From a virus: a DNA stretch of 21,977 bases. Below the pieces are notes generated by a model that was not told the DNA's origin, made no database searches, and worked only from the letters and a program-made list of their open reading frames with translations. A program made the position numbers and the translations under genes. Shown here one piece after another: positions 1-8,977 of the stretch. How positions within the stretch are numbered: position 1 is the first letter of the stretch; every line of letters starts with the position of its first letter. Location of the stretch: positions 83,646 through 105,622 of IMG/VR virus record IMGVR_UViG_3300009703_002430; one strand, 5' to 3'.

Positions 1-1
1 C

Positions 2-3000
2 TCGATAACCTATCATTACAGAGTAGTCAACACCACTAACAGGATCGACATCATAATTACCAGCATCAGTCCCAAAGAAGGCAGCGTGGTTAGTTCCGAG
101 TATGCCATTACCAGCCCTGTAGCCTACTATACTGTTAAACGTATTGTCTGTAGTATTGAATATAGACGTAGCTGAGAACACATGGTTTTGGTTTTCTTTG
201 ATCCAGTCTGTGCCGGATTGAACGTATCCAGCCAAGTCCGTGAGCGAAATCTTAGTGCTTACACCGCTAGTCGTAACACCAAAGAAAGTTCCATCATTGC
301 TAATTAAAGAAGCTACTGGTAAGTTCTCTGCATCAAGCGTTAACTCAGTTCCTTGAGTCCCTGCGTATGAAGCGAGTCCAGAGCCGGGATATATGGAGAG
401 TCCAACACCACTTTCTATGCTCGTACCATCGTGGAACCTAACAGCACCCTTGATGTGCAAGTCACCGTCTAACTGGGCGAAAGGTCTTTCTGTGCTGGGC
501 ACATTGTAGGAAGCTGTTCTATCAAGCGGTGCTACATGATGTCTTAGGGTAAACAACGTGCTGTTAATACCGTTGTTGCCCAAGAATTTGAATTGAACAC
601 CACCGTCTGGGTAAGAAGCAGAGTTGTCTACTTTTTGTACTATAGAAGCAACTTTGTCACTACCAAAGGCATTTTGATTATGCGCAAATCCTATGCTATC
701 AGTCTGATTGCTATTTACAGTTGCAAACTGACCGTTAATGAAGACCTGCATTGGCGAGTCGGTATTATTTGCCAAAGAGCCAGATATCAAAGGCACATTC
801 ATTTGTAGGCTTGAATCTACAACGCCGATCTTCAATATGTCATTGTGAGTAACGCTGCTATCAGTAAGCCCAGCGCCAAGATATATGTTTCTGCTAGAGT
901 TTCCACCAACATCTGTTTTACAACCAATAAGCGTGTTCTCATCACCATTGGTAACGCTTTTCCCAGCCTCTTTGCCTAAGAACACATTACAGTTTCCAGT
1001 TTGAAGTTGATTACCGGCAGAACCTCCTAAGAAGGTATTGTTGCTACCAGTGTTCAGACTTTGGCCAGCTCCAAACCCATATCCGGTATTGTTCTCAGCG
1101 CCGTTGGGAAGCCCGTATAAATCTCTCTGACCTCCAGCTGCAACCCCAAAGTCGTTACCCTTCAAGTCAGTATAGTCATCTCCCATGCTAACTTGATCTG
1201 TAGCACCGTAGGGGTTACTTAGATCTATTTCTCCGAAGCTTCCATACTCACTAAAACCAAGTTCTTCCATAAATCCACCGGCCTCGGGAGAATCTATGTT
1301 ATACCCAGCGTCATCTAGCTGACCAAGGGCCTCGTTAATTTGAGATACTCTATCTGTAACCCCACCAAAGTCTGGGTTTTGATTTGGCGTGTTTGAAAGC
1401 TTGATTGGTGAGCCGCAGTCTGATTTCCAGAACAAATGGTCACAGCTACCGTCTCTCTTTGCAAATATGTATCCAACCCTGATAGGATCTTTGGAGTCTA
1501 CAACTTGAACACCTATTCTTGGCGAGGTTATAGAAGTTTCCTGCACATCTTCTTGACCGCCAACCAGTAGGCTGTATCCGTAAGGCAATTCATCTGGCGT
1601 ATTTATACTAACATTTCCATCTTTAATTGTTAGCACTGAATCTTTTACATAGTCTTTAAACTGTGATATTTCAAACTTGTCTTCAAAATAAGAAAGCTCC
1701 GCCGCATTTTTTGGATCGTAAGAATCTTCGTTCCTGCTTGCGTTATCCCTACTAACCAGCTGAACGGAAGCACCTCTCTGGAAAGCTCCTTCCCCGTCTG
1801 TAATTCTTACAACGGCGTCTCCGGTAGCTTTTATATTGAATACTGTTTCTGGAATGAAATCTGCCGATAGGTAAGGCGTCTGGTCTATGCCAACCATTCC
1901 CGGCGAATTAGAATTCATTATCACCATTGCATTGATTGGCACGCAATCGTTTTGATATCCAGAGATTCTAAAGCGGTCTTTTGGCTGTCTATTGTTTATT
2001 GTAATATCATGATCTGTATCTACAAAGTCAGTTTGGAAGCCAGTTATTTTGTCTTTACCGCCCTTTTGCTCTTTAATGCTTGTTCTTGATAAAAGCCTTT
2101 GCCCTACTATCACACCTGAAGTTAAAGATGAGTAAGTCACCACATAATCATCGCCAAGCTCACTGCCGCTGGAGCCTATAAAGTTGATATCTGTTATGCC
2201 TGCTATATCACCATCTGGCCCAAGAGGATTTGGTTTTACTATGTCTTCTTTAGTTACAAAGAAAGCATTTTTAGAAATTACATCTGATGTAATATCGCTA
2301 GAACCTTCCTGAACTGTGCTTATGGCGGCTGATGAAGTTCCTCCGCCAGCCGTGGTTCCAGTACCCACATCAAGCAGGCTTGCAAATATATTAGGCCCGG
2401 TGTTTCCTCTTCCGATCTGGTTCGGATTCTGTTCGCGGAAGTTGACACCAAAATCGGGATTATTATGTCTGTATGCAAACTCGTCGGTTTTCGTTGCCTT
2501 GTCTTGAGGATTGAGTTCCATGAAGTGATCAACGGCAACAGTGTTGGGTGCTGTAGTTTGTATCCCATCCGCAAAATTTGTATCTTTCCCAAAAGTACCA
2601 TTTTTAAATCCGGGCATATAGATGGTCATCCAGCTATTCTGCATGTCCGCTGAGACCATTTCAAATATCCAGCCGCCATAGACTAGAGTTCTACAATCAA
2701 AACCGTCGTAATTGTTTCCGACACGGCTGTTATGGTTCCCATGCCACAAATGGCCATCAGTACCAAACGCAGAAGTCCTTGCGCGAGGAGCGTATACCTT
2801 AACCTTGTTAGCGCCCAGAACGGCGTCTACAGCGCTTTGAACTTCGTCCACAGTGGCCATGTTAGTAAGATACTTTTTGTCTGTTGCGTCAGGATCAAGC
2901 CAAGTCACTCTTTTTGACAATAAGTCAGCGTCTGCTGGGTAGGTGTTGTCGCCAAAGTCTGTTGCAAAGTTTTCAGCAGTATATTCAACTCCGTCGAAAG

Positions 3001-4480
3001 TAACGCCATAGAACTGTATAGATATGGGATAGCCCAAACACTTTGTAACATTCGTACTAAAGTCAGCTGTTCCTGTAGCCGCATGTCTAGTTTCGTTGTA
3101 TGTTCCAAATTTATTTAAGTCTGCTATCATTTCTCCAGAGGTTGAGGAATCAAACGGGTCTGGATTTTTTAGCAAAGGTGTGGCTTGTTTCTCTATAAAC
3201 GGAAATATTCTTTCTTGTCTTACGGGCCAATGAATGTCGTTAAAGCCAAAAGGGGCGTATGTAGATAAGCTAGGTGTTATACCCGCACCAATAAAGCGAT
3301 TCGCGCCTTCGTCAACATCTTCAAAGCCTTTTTTGTTTCTAAGCACATTTGCCATCATCCGACCAGTAAGACGGCCACCACGACCCAGTAAGTTTGTGGT
3401 GTCAACACCTACTGGTTTTTCGTCTGGAAGAAATGCCGTATATTCGGAATTCGTAATGTTCTTAGATTTAAATACCTTATCCGCATCGCTAGCCCCAGAC
3501 TTATGCAGAAATGCATCAATATATTGCAAACCTATGCCGTTACGATTGCTGCTTGTAGTAGTAGTTTGAGCTATCACGATTGCATCAGAGTGGCCAGCGT
3601 TCCAAGTAAAAGAAAATCCCCTTCGCGACATTGGGTATGGAAGTATTTCCCCTGTAAGCGGATGCTGGTTGAAATTTCCGGCTATCGTTGAAAAGTTTGA
3701 ACCAACGGCAGCTCTTTGTCTCTGCCAAGATTTACCTACTCTGACAGGATCTACAGCGCTTGGAAGCCACTTATATTGTCCGGTATCAAATTCCTTTTTT
3801 GTGTTATCTAGTGCAACAGCGTCGTTATTAGGCTTTAAAACTATGGTCTCGCTGTCTTTAATTACACTATCGCCAAAAGTTATACTACTACCAGCTCCAA
3901 ACATATAGTTTTCTGCTACAGTGCCTCTGTTGTCCATCGTGTGAGATAGTTGTTCATCTGTCAAGGGTATTGGTGAGTTCAATGTGCTGAATTGGCTCGG
4001 ATAAAAGAAGCACGCCTCTACAGCGGTTAATATGTCACCTCCATCCTTTGTGTTTGTCCAACCAGCGGCTTTGAGTTCTGTGACCTTTGTGTCGAGAGCT
4101 GCGTTTAACAGCCCACAAAAGGCCTCTAAGGTGATATCAAAAGGAATGTCTTTGACTTCCACATAAACACCGTATGGGAAGTTTGATATATTGTCCTGAT
4201 ACGGCTGGATGATCTCTGTAGTATTATGAAAACCATTTAAAACAACAAACTTAAAGTCAAACGTGCCTCCGGTGGCTCCGGCGGCTATACTTAAATCGCG
4301 CTCCCAAAACTTGGACTCTGTTTGATAAAAATAAAACCGCCTGTTACCAGTGCCTCCAGACGTTCCATCAACTGTATTAGAAGAGGTGTTTGTTAGGCTC
4401 GTTGTGTTTGATGTAAGTGCAGCTTGATTGGCACCAGCCAAAGAACCTTTGAATTCTATATTGAAATCTAAATCAGACAT
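2..4480 (-). CDS. Very large virion/fibre-like protein, 3' end outside the window (>=1493 codons); absent from the supplied ORF track
   Basis: Manual translation found no stop from ATG 4480 (MSDLDFNIEFKGSLAGANQ...) to the window edge (...VDYSVMIGYR). RBS-like ATAGGAAG precedes the ATG. 14-residue Gly/Asn repeats (NNTGYGFGAG, NNTFLGGSAG, CNVFLGKEAG, ENTLIGCK) lie at ~860-1100 and ~2-150, and LDGDLHIKGAVRFHDGT is a fibre-like segment. Confidence 0.85.
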   Translation of the reverse strand, partial: MSDLDFNIEFKGSLAGANQAALTSNTTSLTNTSSNTVDGTSGGTGNRRFYFYQTESKFWERDLSIAAGATGGTFDFKFVVLNGFHNTTEIIQPYQDNISNFPYGVYVEVKDIPFDITLEAFCGLLNAALDTKVTELKAAGWTNTKDGGDILTAVEACFFYPSQFSTLNSPIPLTDEQLSHTMDNRGTVAENYMFGAGSSITFGDSVIKDSETIVLKPNNDAVALDNTKKEFDTGQYKWLPSAVDPVRVGKSWQRQRAAVGSNFSTIAGNFNQHPLTGEILPYPMSRRGFSFTWNAGHSDAIVIAQTTTTSSNRNGIGLQYIDAFLHKSGASDADKVFKSKNITNSEYTAFLPDEKPVGVDTTNLLGRGGRLTGRMMANVLRNKKGFEDVDEGANRFIGAGITPSLSTYAPFGFNDIHWPVRQERIFPFIEKQATPLLKNPDPFDSSTSGEMIADLNKFGTYNETRHAATGTADFSTNVTKCLGYPISIQFYGVTFDGVEYTAENFATDFGDNTYPADADLLSKRVTWLDPDATDKKYLTNMATVDEVQSAVDAVLGANKVKVYAPRARTSAFGTDGHLWHGNHNSRVGNNYDGFDCRTLVYGGWIFEMVSADMQNSWMTIYMPGFKNGTFGKDTNFADGIQTTAPNTVAVDHFMELNPQDKATKTDEFAYRHNNPDFGVNFREQNPNQIGRGNTGPNIFASLLDVGTGTTAGGGTSSAAISTVQEGSSDITSDVISKNAFFVTKEDIVKPNPLGPDGDIAGITDINFIGSSGSELGDDYVVTYSSLTSGVIVGQRLLSRTSIKEQKGGKDKITGFQTDFVDTDHDITINNRQPKDRFRISGYQNDCVPINAMVIMNSNSPGMVGIDQTPYLSADFIPETVFNIKATGDAVVRITDGEGAFQRGASVQLVSRDNASRNEDSYDPKNAAELSYFEDKFEISQFKDYVKDSVLTIKDGNVSINTPDELPYGYSLLVGGQEDVQETSITSPRIGVQVVDSKDPIRVGYIFAKRDGSCDHLFWKSDCGSPIKLSNTPNQNPDFGGVTDRVSQINEALGQLDDAGYNIDSPEAGGFMEELGFSEYGSFGEIDLSNPYGATDQVSMGDDYTDLKGNDFGVAAGGQRDLYGLPNGAENNTGYGFGAGQSLNTGSNNTFLGGSAGNQLQTGNCNVFLGKEAGKSVTNGDENTLIGCKTDVGGNSSRNIYLGAGLTDSSVTHNDILKIGVVDSSLQMNVPLISGSLANNTDSPMQVFINGQFATVNSNQTDSIGFAHNQNAFGSDKVASIVQKVDNSASYPDGGVQFKFLGNNGINSTLFTLRHHVAPLDRTASYNVPSTERPFAQLDGDLHIKGAVRFHDGTSIESGVGLSIYPGSGLASYAGTQGTELTLDAENLPVASLISNDGTFFGVTTSGVSTKISLTDLAGYVQSGTDWIKENQNHVFSATSIFNTTDNTFNSIVGYRAGNGILGTNHAAFFGTDAGNYDVDPVSGVDYSVMIGYR

Positions 4481-4489
4481 GTTATCTTC

Positions 4490-6070
4490 CTATATTGAGT
4501 ATGTTCCTTCGGGCAGTGTTGCACTACCAGTTTTTACTTCTATATTGCCTGCGCCTACTGTAGACAGTGCTTCTAGAGCGGACTTAATAGTTGCAGCACT
4601 TGCGTTGTGAGCTAGAGCGGATGTAGTTTGACCGCCAAAGCTGAGTGTAAATGTACCGCCATTAGCGACAACCTTTAAATGTTGTATTTCATTTCTAGTT
4701 GTTGACCCGGTGGAAACAGTAGCGTCATTCTTTCTAATGAATAATCCGTAACAGTTTTTAGCCGTCACCATAGATAGTTGTTCCCTACCTAGAATTCTAT
4801 TGGAACGAACATGACAGCCAGACGCTAAATCAATACTGATATTTGACTGCCAACTAGACCTAGCAAAAGAGTTATCTATCTCTAAGCAATCCAGAGTGCT
4901 GTCTGGAGCAGCGTATAGCCATTTATAATCTCTTCTGTAATCTGAACCACTAGAAGGTATAATCAAGCCAGCGCCTTCAAGACTCTCGTCTCCAAGATAC
5001 CCACACGGTTCTCCAGTTCCCCCATCACATATGCCGCTAGTTGCAAGATAGAGAGTCCTGCATTCGTACAGGCAGCTAGACATCTCTTTGTATGTGTAGG
5101 TGTTTATAGAAGCAACACCACTAACGGTAAGATTCTGAAAGTATCCAGATTTCCATTGCAGATCTTCATGGCCAAGAGACCACTCTTTGCTTTGTGCGGG
5201 AACTATGCTTCCAGAGACAGTGATTAACCCCTGACCAGATGGGCTGGGAGTATTAAAACCAACCTTACCACCAGAGAAGTAGATATCATCGTTTATTCTA
5301 AACTGATCTTGATTAGAGTCTATACTGTGTTCTACATAAACATTAGACCAAGGTGTGGCAGTGTGACCAAGAGCATATGCGCCAGACCAAGCTGGAGACA
5401 CGGCACCTGAAACCTGTAGCGTTCCATAGTCATGTAGACCCTGAACGCCAATGCCAACTCTTTTTGTATCTAGTTCGCCAAATATAGTTGGATCAGTCCC
5501 AGCTTCTATTCCATCACCACAAAGAGAATCGCTGTCTACATCGTGAGTACCAATATATAATCTATGGCTAGTGTTTTCGCCAATGTAATAACCGGCTCCG
5601 TGACCAACGGCTATATTGTAGTTACCACCCTTATTTCTCTGTAGGGTGTGACCACCAATACCTATGTTGCGATCACCTTCTATATTTCCGGCTAACGCAT
5701 TGTGTCCGAGAGCTGTGTTACCAAAACCATAGACACTACAACCCAAAGCATGAGAACCAATAGCCGTATTACTATAGCCATTGTAATTCTGTGCTAAAGC
5801 TGAATAGCCGACTGCCGTGTTATCTACACTTGTGTAACTAGGATGGCCAAGCTTACTAATAGCTAACTCACCAACTTTGGTTGTTCTCGTAGCATGAGTT
5901 CCAATGTTGGCAAAATTAACATTGACCCCAGAGGTGAACGTCTCACCCCAAATAGAGTCAATGATATTTAATAAGTTGGTTCTAACGTCTCTTGGGGATA
6001 TTTGACCAGTAGAATTATCCTGCAGGTCAGTACCTATATTTTGAGCAAGTGTCTGCTTGTCTAATTTCAT
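4490..6070 (-). CDS. Fibre/adhesin-like virion protein with 14-residue N-x-A-x-G repeats
   Basis: 526 aa with RBS AGGT. Periodic repeats DNTAVGYSAL/SNTAIGSHAL/GNTALGHNAL/RNIGIGGHTL/YNIAVGHGAG and fibre-shaft motifs (LQVSGAVSP..YALG..W, ITVSGSIVP..WSLG..W). Lies downstream of the head genes and ends at TAG. Confidence 0.7.
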   Translation of the reverse strand: MKLDKQTLAQNIGTDLQDNSTGQISPRDVRTNLLNIIDSIWGETFTSGVNVNFANIGTHATRTTKVGELAISKLGHPSYTSVDNTAVGYSALAQNYNGYSNTAIGSHALGCSVYGFGNTALGHNALAGNIEGDRNIGIGGHTLQRNKGGNYNIAVGHGAGYYIGENTSHRLYIGTHDVDSDSLCGDGIEAGTDPTIFGELDTKRVGIGVQGLHDYGTLQVSGAVSPAWSGAYALGHTATPWSNVYVEHSIDSNQDQFRINDDIYFSGGKVGFNTPSPSGQGLITVSGSIVPAQSKEWSLGHEDLQWKSGYFQNLTVSGVASINTYTYKEMSSCLYECRTLYLATSGICDGGTGEPCGYLGDESLEGAGLIIPSSGSDYRRDYKWLYAAPDSTLDCLEIDNSFARSSWQSNISIDLASGCHVRSNRILGREQLSMVTAKNCYGLFIRKNDATVSTGSTTRNEIQHLKVVANGGTFTLSFGGQTTSALAHNASAATIKSALEALSTVGAGNIEVKTGSATLPEGTYSI

Positions 6071-6088
6071 GACTTACCTACCTGATTT

Positions 6089-6592
6089 TTAATCGAAGCT
6101 AATTTCTAGACTCTTATAGTCAAACTTTACGTTGTCCCCTTTATATATAATTCTAGGATTATCCAGAGTAGCGTGCATAAGCACATTACCGTCTCCAACA
6201 GTGGCGTTGTCAAAGATGTAAACGCCAGAAACCCAACCCCAGTCTTGAAGGGCTGTGCTAAATACTAATTGTCCGCTATTTCTAATAACACCACTTCCTT
6301 GAGCGTGGTCATCTGGGTCATAATGCCAAGTTGTCGCGCCTAGACTGGCGGGATCACCAAGGTTTAGTCTTCCATATCCATTTGCTGAGGAATCTCCAGC
6401 CGTAGTGCTGAGCTCCCCGCAAGTTCCCCCAGTTGCTGCATCATATGTGCCAGTGGGAGTAGCTACTCCATTCACATTCACCACGACGCCACTACTTAGC
6501 CCTATGGCTATAACACTAGGAGCACTAAATGTTTGACCCTTAAAAATATGGTGTAAAAGGCCTGATTCTAAATAATTTGAAAGTGCGGCCAT
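6089..6592 (-). CDS. Phage virion structural protein
   Basis: 167 aa with RBS AGGAG. The pattern MAALSNYLE..LLHHIF ... GYGR ... NSGQLVF..A..DWG.V..V.IFD.A..GNVL ... GD.VKF..LEISFD resembles a common small phage virion protein family. Confidence 0.65.
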   Translation of the reverse strand: MAALSNYLESGLLHHIFKGQTFSAPSVIAIGLSSGVVVNVNGVATPTGTYDAATGGTCGELSTTAGDSSANGYGRLNLGDPASLGATTWHYDPDDHAQGSGVIRNSGQLVFSTALQDWGWVSGVYIFDNATVGDGNVLMHATLDNPRIIYKGDNVKFDYKSLEISFD

Positions 6593-6633
6593 TTTAATCT
6601 CCTATTTAAGATCCTGTACGAAAATGTTCTATA

Positions 6634-6646
6634 GTAATAATACACA
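6634..6646 (-). promoter_or_regulatory. Putative late promoter motif TGTGTATTATTA
   Basis: GTGTAT at 6645-6640 (minus), directly after the terminator U-tract and upstream of the 167-aa gene. One of four intergenic copies. Confidence 0.6.
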
Positions 6647-6647
6647 T

Positions 6648-6685
6648 AAAAAAAGAGCCACCCCTAGTTATAAGAGGTGACTCTC
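6648..6685 (-). terminator. Rho-independent terminator after the major capsid gene
   Basis: Minus strand AGAGTCACCTCT-TATAACT-AGGGGTGGCTCT (12-bp stem including two G-U pairs) followed by TTTTTT. Confidence 0.9.
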
Positions 6686-6710
6686 TTGATGAGCCTAGTT
6701 GATATTCTGA

Positions 6711-7718
6711 TTAGAATGAGCCTAAAATAACTCGTCTATTATCAAGAACACCAAAGCCAATTTCAGCCCAGCCGTAGTAACCAGCTCGCTGTTGTCTGTG
6801 AAGAGTAGGATCTTCCCAGATTTCAAGCTGAGCCTTAACAGGCATTACAAAGCTGTCATTGCTTGATTGGTCTAAACCAACTACAAGCTCAGTGTCAGAA
6901 CCCTGAACTGCACCAGACAATTGTCCAGTGAAGAAGTCTTGGTACTCTTGGCCTTCGCCAAGTTCATCCATGTCGTGAAGATTAACACCAAAGATTCTAG
7001 TGATTGGAGCCCCGCCTTCAGCGGCTGTGTAGATTTCTCTACGAGTCACTTCATCAATTTGGTCTAATCCCCAGTTGCGAACATCTTCAAGAGCTTCTGG
7101 GCTGACATAAAGGTCAGTCAAGCGACCACGACCTACGGAAGCAGCGTTACCGCCTGAGTTACGACGCATAACAGTTTGCATAAGAGAAACAAGTCTCTTG
7201 CTAAACTGACCTGCCGTAGCATCAGCATCGTACACGAGGATATTGCGGTCAACACCAGCGGCCAACAATGTGTGCCACCCGTCGTCGTTCATCTTCTTGA
7301 CAAAACCAGCTTCCAGAACTTGCATAGCGCGTGCTACAATGTCCCAGCGAGCTTCACGAGCATATCGAAGTAAGTAGTCGATTGAGCTAGTAATGCTGTA
7401 GGTTGGGATCATTACGTAGTCGCCTTCGACGCTACGTTCTGGGATTCTACCGTGACCGGGATTCGTGTAAGCTACATGCTCACCTTCCAAGCCCGGAGCG
7501 ATAAGGTCTAGTGGAAATTCCGTGGTTGCACCCGGTTCTACGTTGATGGTTTCAAAAATGTTGCCAAGAACGTTACCAACCAAGACACCCTTACGGAGTG
7601 GAAGTTCTAGGGCTTTTGCAAATTCACGTTGCGAAGCTTGTGCAACTTGAATATCGCTATCCCCAGAGTTTTTAAGTAGAGCGATGAATTCATCGCTTGG
7701 TCTATCTGTAAAAGCCAT
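6711..7718 (-). CDS. Major capsid protein (HK97 fold expected)
   Basis: 335 aa with strong RBS AGGAG. It is the last gene of the portal-protease/scaffold-decoration block and is followed by a terminator. The C-terminus has a capsid-like G.YG..E.G.GV pattern. Confidence 0.8.
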   Translation of the reverse strand: MAFTDRPSDEFIALLKNSGDSDIQVAQASQREFAKALELPLRKGVLVGNVLGNIFETINVEPGATTEFPLDLIAPGLEGEHVAYTNPGHGRIPERSVEGDYVMIPTYSITSSIDYLLRYAREARWDIVARAMQVLEAGFVKKMNDDGWHTLLAAGVDRNILVYDADATAGQFSKRLVSLMQTVMRRNSGGNAASVGRGRLTDLYVSPEALEDVRNWGLDQIDEVTRREIYTAAEGGAPITRIFGVNLHDMDELGEGQEYQDFFTGQLSGAVQGSDTELVVGLDQSSNDSFVMPVKAQLEIWEDPTLHRQQRAGYYGWAEIGFGVLDNRRVILGSF

Positions 7719-7747
7719 TTTAAAATTCTCCTGTTAAATAAGGGCGT

Positions 7748-8266
7748 TTAACCGTTTGATCCATGGTTAGGAAGATTAACTTCTACCTTAGCGTATCCAT
7801 CTTCGTCGATGCGACTTAGGAATCGTCCAATAGGAAGATTACCAGAAGCAACAGCCGAAGCTGCACATACGTTGGTAATATTACCAGCTGCTGATGCTGA
7901 AGCGTATGCTACATCACCGGGAGCAACAGTAACACTGTCAATCTTATTAGTTACAACATAACCTTTTCGTAAGATCGTAACCTTACTTCCAAGTTGGACT
8001 TCGTCCTTATGTTGATTTAGGTGAGTTCTTGTCAGGTCTTTGTTAACAACATCGTTAAGCAAAATCCCAACAGGAACGTCGGTATTGGCTGCCGCCTTTT
8101 CTTTAACTAGCGCTACGCCTTGATCCATTGCTGCACCAGAGCCAGTGTTAGTATAAGGCGAAGAACCGGAATCGTGAACAACAACTCCACCACGAGTAGC
8201 AACAGCTGCATTCATGAAGAAGCTGATGTCAGTTTGTAGTTCGTATCTATCTGCTTTAAGAGCCAT
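7748..8266 (-). CDS. Probable head decoration/cement protein
   Basis: 172 aa, Gly/Ala/Val-rich and beta-like (PVGILLNDV, VTILRKGYVVT, GD.AY..A.G.IT, IGRFLS..D.DGYAKVEVNLP). Lies between scaffold and capsid genes with RBS AGGAG. Confidence 0.65.
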   Translation of the reverse strand: MALKADRYELQTDISFFMNAAVATRGGVVVHDSGSSPYTNTGSGAAMDQGVALVKEKAAANTDVPVGILLNDVVNKDLTRTHLNQHKDEVQLGSKVTILRKGYVVTNKIDSVTVAPGDVAYASASAAGNITNVCAASAVASGNLPIGRFLSRIDEDGYAKVEVNLPNHGSNG

Positions 8267-8284
8267 TTCTAAATTCTCCTATAC

Positions 8285-8977
8285 TTATTTAGTGAAAACG
8301 TTTTCAGAAAGCCACGATGCAATGCTAGCTCTGGTAGTCTCTAACTCGTCAGACTCTTCTGCTTCTACAAGTGTAGCTTCAGTAGTTTCTACTTCGTCAA
8401 AGAGTTCTTCAGAAACTTCAGCTTCTGCTTCTTCTTCAGCTTCTTCTTGTGATTCTTCAGCTTCAGTTTCTCCAGCCATGGGCTTTTTAGGGCCTTTGCC
8501 GAGACCTTCAGCTTCGTCATCTTTCTTGTCTTTCTTCTCTTTCTTTTCTTTTTTGTCCATGAAAGCGATTATAGCTTCAAAAGCTTCATCTTCAAGAGAC
8601 TCAAAGGTGGCAAGAGATTCGTCTACGTCTTCTTCGCTGATACCAGCTTCTACAAGAGCAGCTTTTCTCTTTTCCATCTTCTCTTTCTTTTTCATCTCTT
8701 CTACATCTTTCATGGCGACACTCAACTCTTCTTGCGAAGTAGCCAAAGCATCTTCTAATTCAGCAATCTTAGCTTGGGTTGACTTTACAGTCTCTTCAAG
8801 TGTTGCAATTGCTTCGTCCTTTGATTGAACATCAGCTTCAAAAGCTTCAACCGTAGCAGCAAACTCTTTATCTTTTGCTTCTCCGATTTTTGCTTTAATC
8901 GCTTCATTCTCTTGTTTAGCAGTGGCGAGCTCTTCTCTAAGATCTGCGACCTGCTTTTCTAACAAATTATCAGACAT
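8285..8977 (-). CDS. Nested in-frame scaffolding protein (internal start, 230 aa)
   Basis: Internal ATAGGAGATATTAGA-ATG TCT GAT at 8992-8969, with the same RBS style as the capsid and decoration genes, exactly where the coiled coil begins (MSDNLLEKQVADLREEL). Confidence 0.7.
   Translation of the reverse strand: MSDNLLEKQVADLREELATAKQENEAIKAKIGEAKDKEFAATVEAFEADVQSKDEAIATLEETVKSTQAKIAELEDALATSQEELSVAMKDVEEMKKKEKMEKRKAALVEAGISEEDVDESLATFESLEDEAFEAIIAFMDKKEKKEKKDKKDDEAEGLGKGPKKPMAGETEAEESQEEAEEEAEAEVSEELFDEVETTEATLVEAEESDELETTRASIASWLSENVFTK

Noticed and set aside
593-4610. Short ORFs on both strands in the ORF track, and the impression of a non-coding or decayed region
   Set aside because: All overlap the uninterrupted minus-strand frame 2-4480 or the 526-aa gene; they are shadow ORFs.
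8214-8828. 204-aa Ser-rich plus-strand ORF
   Set aside because: It is the antisense mirror of the Glu/Lys/Ala-rich scaffold codons, with no independent support.
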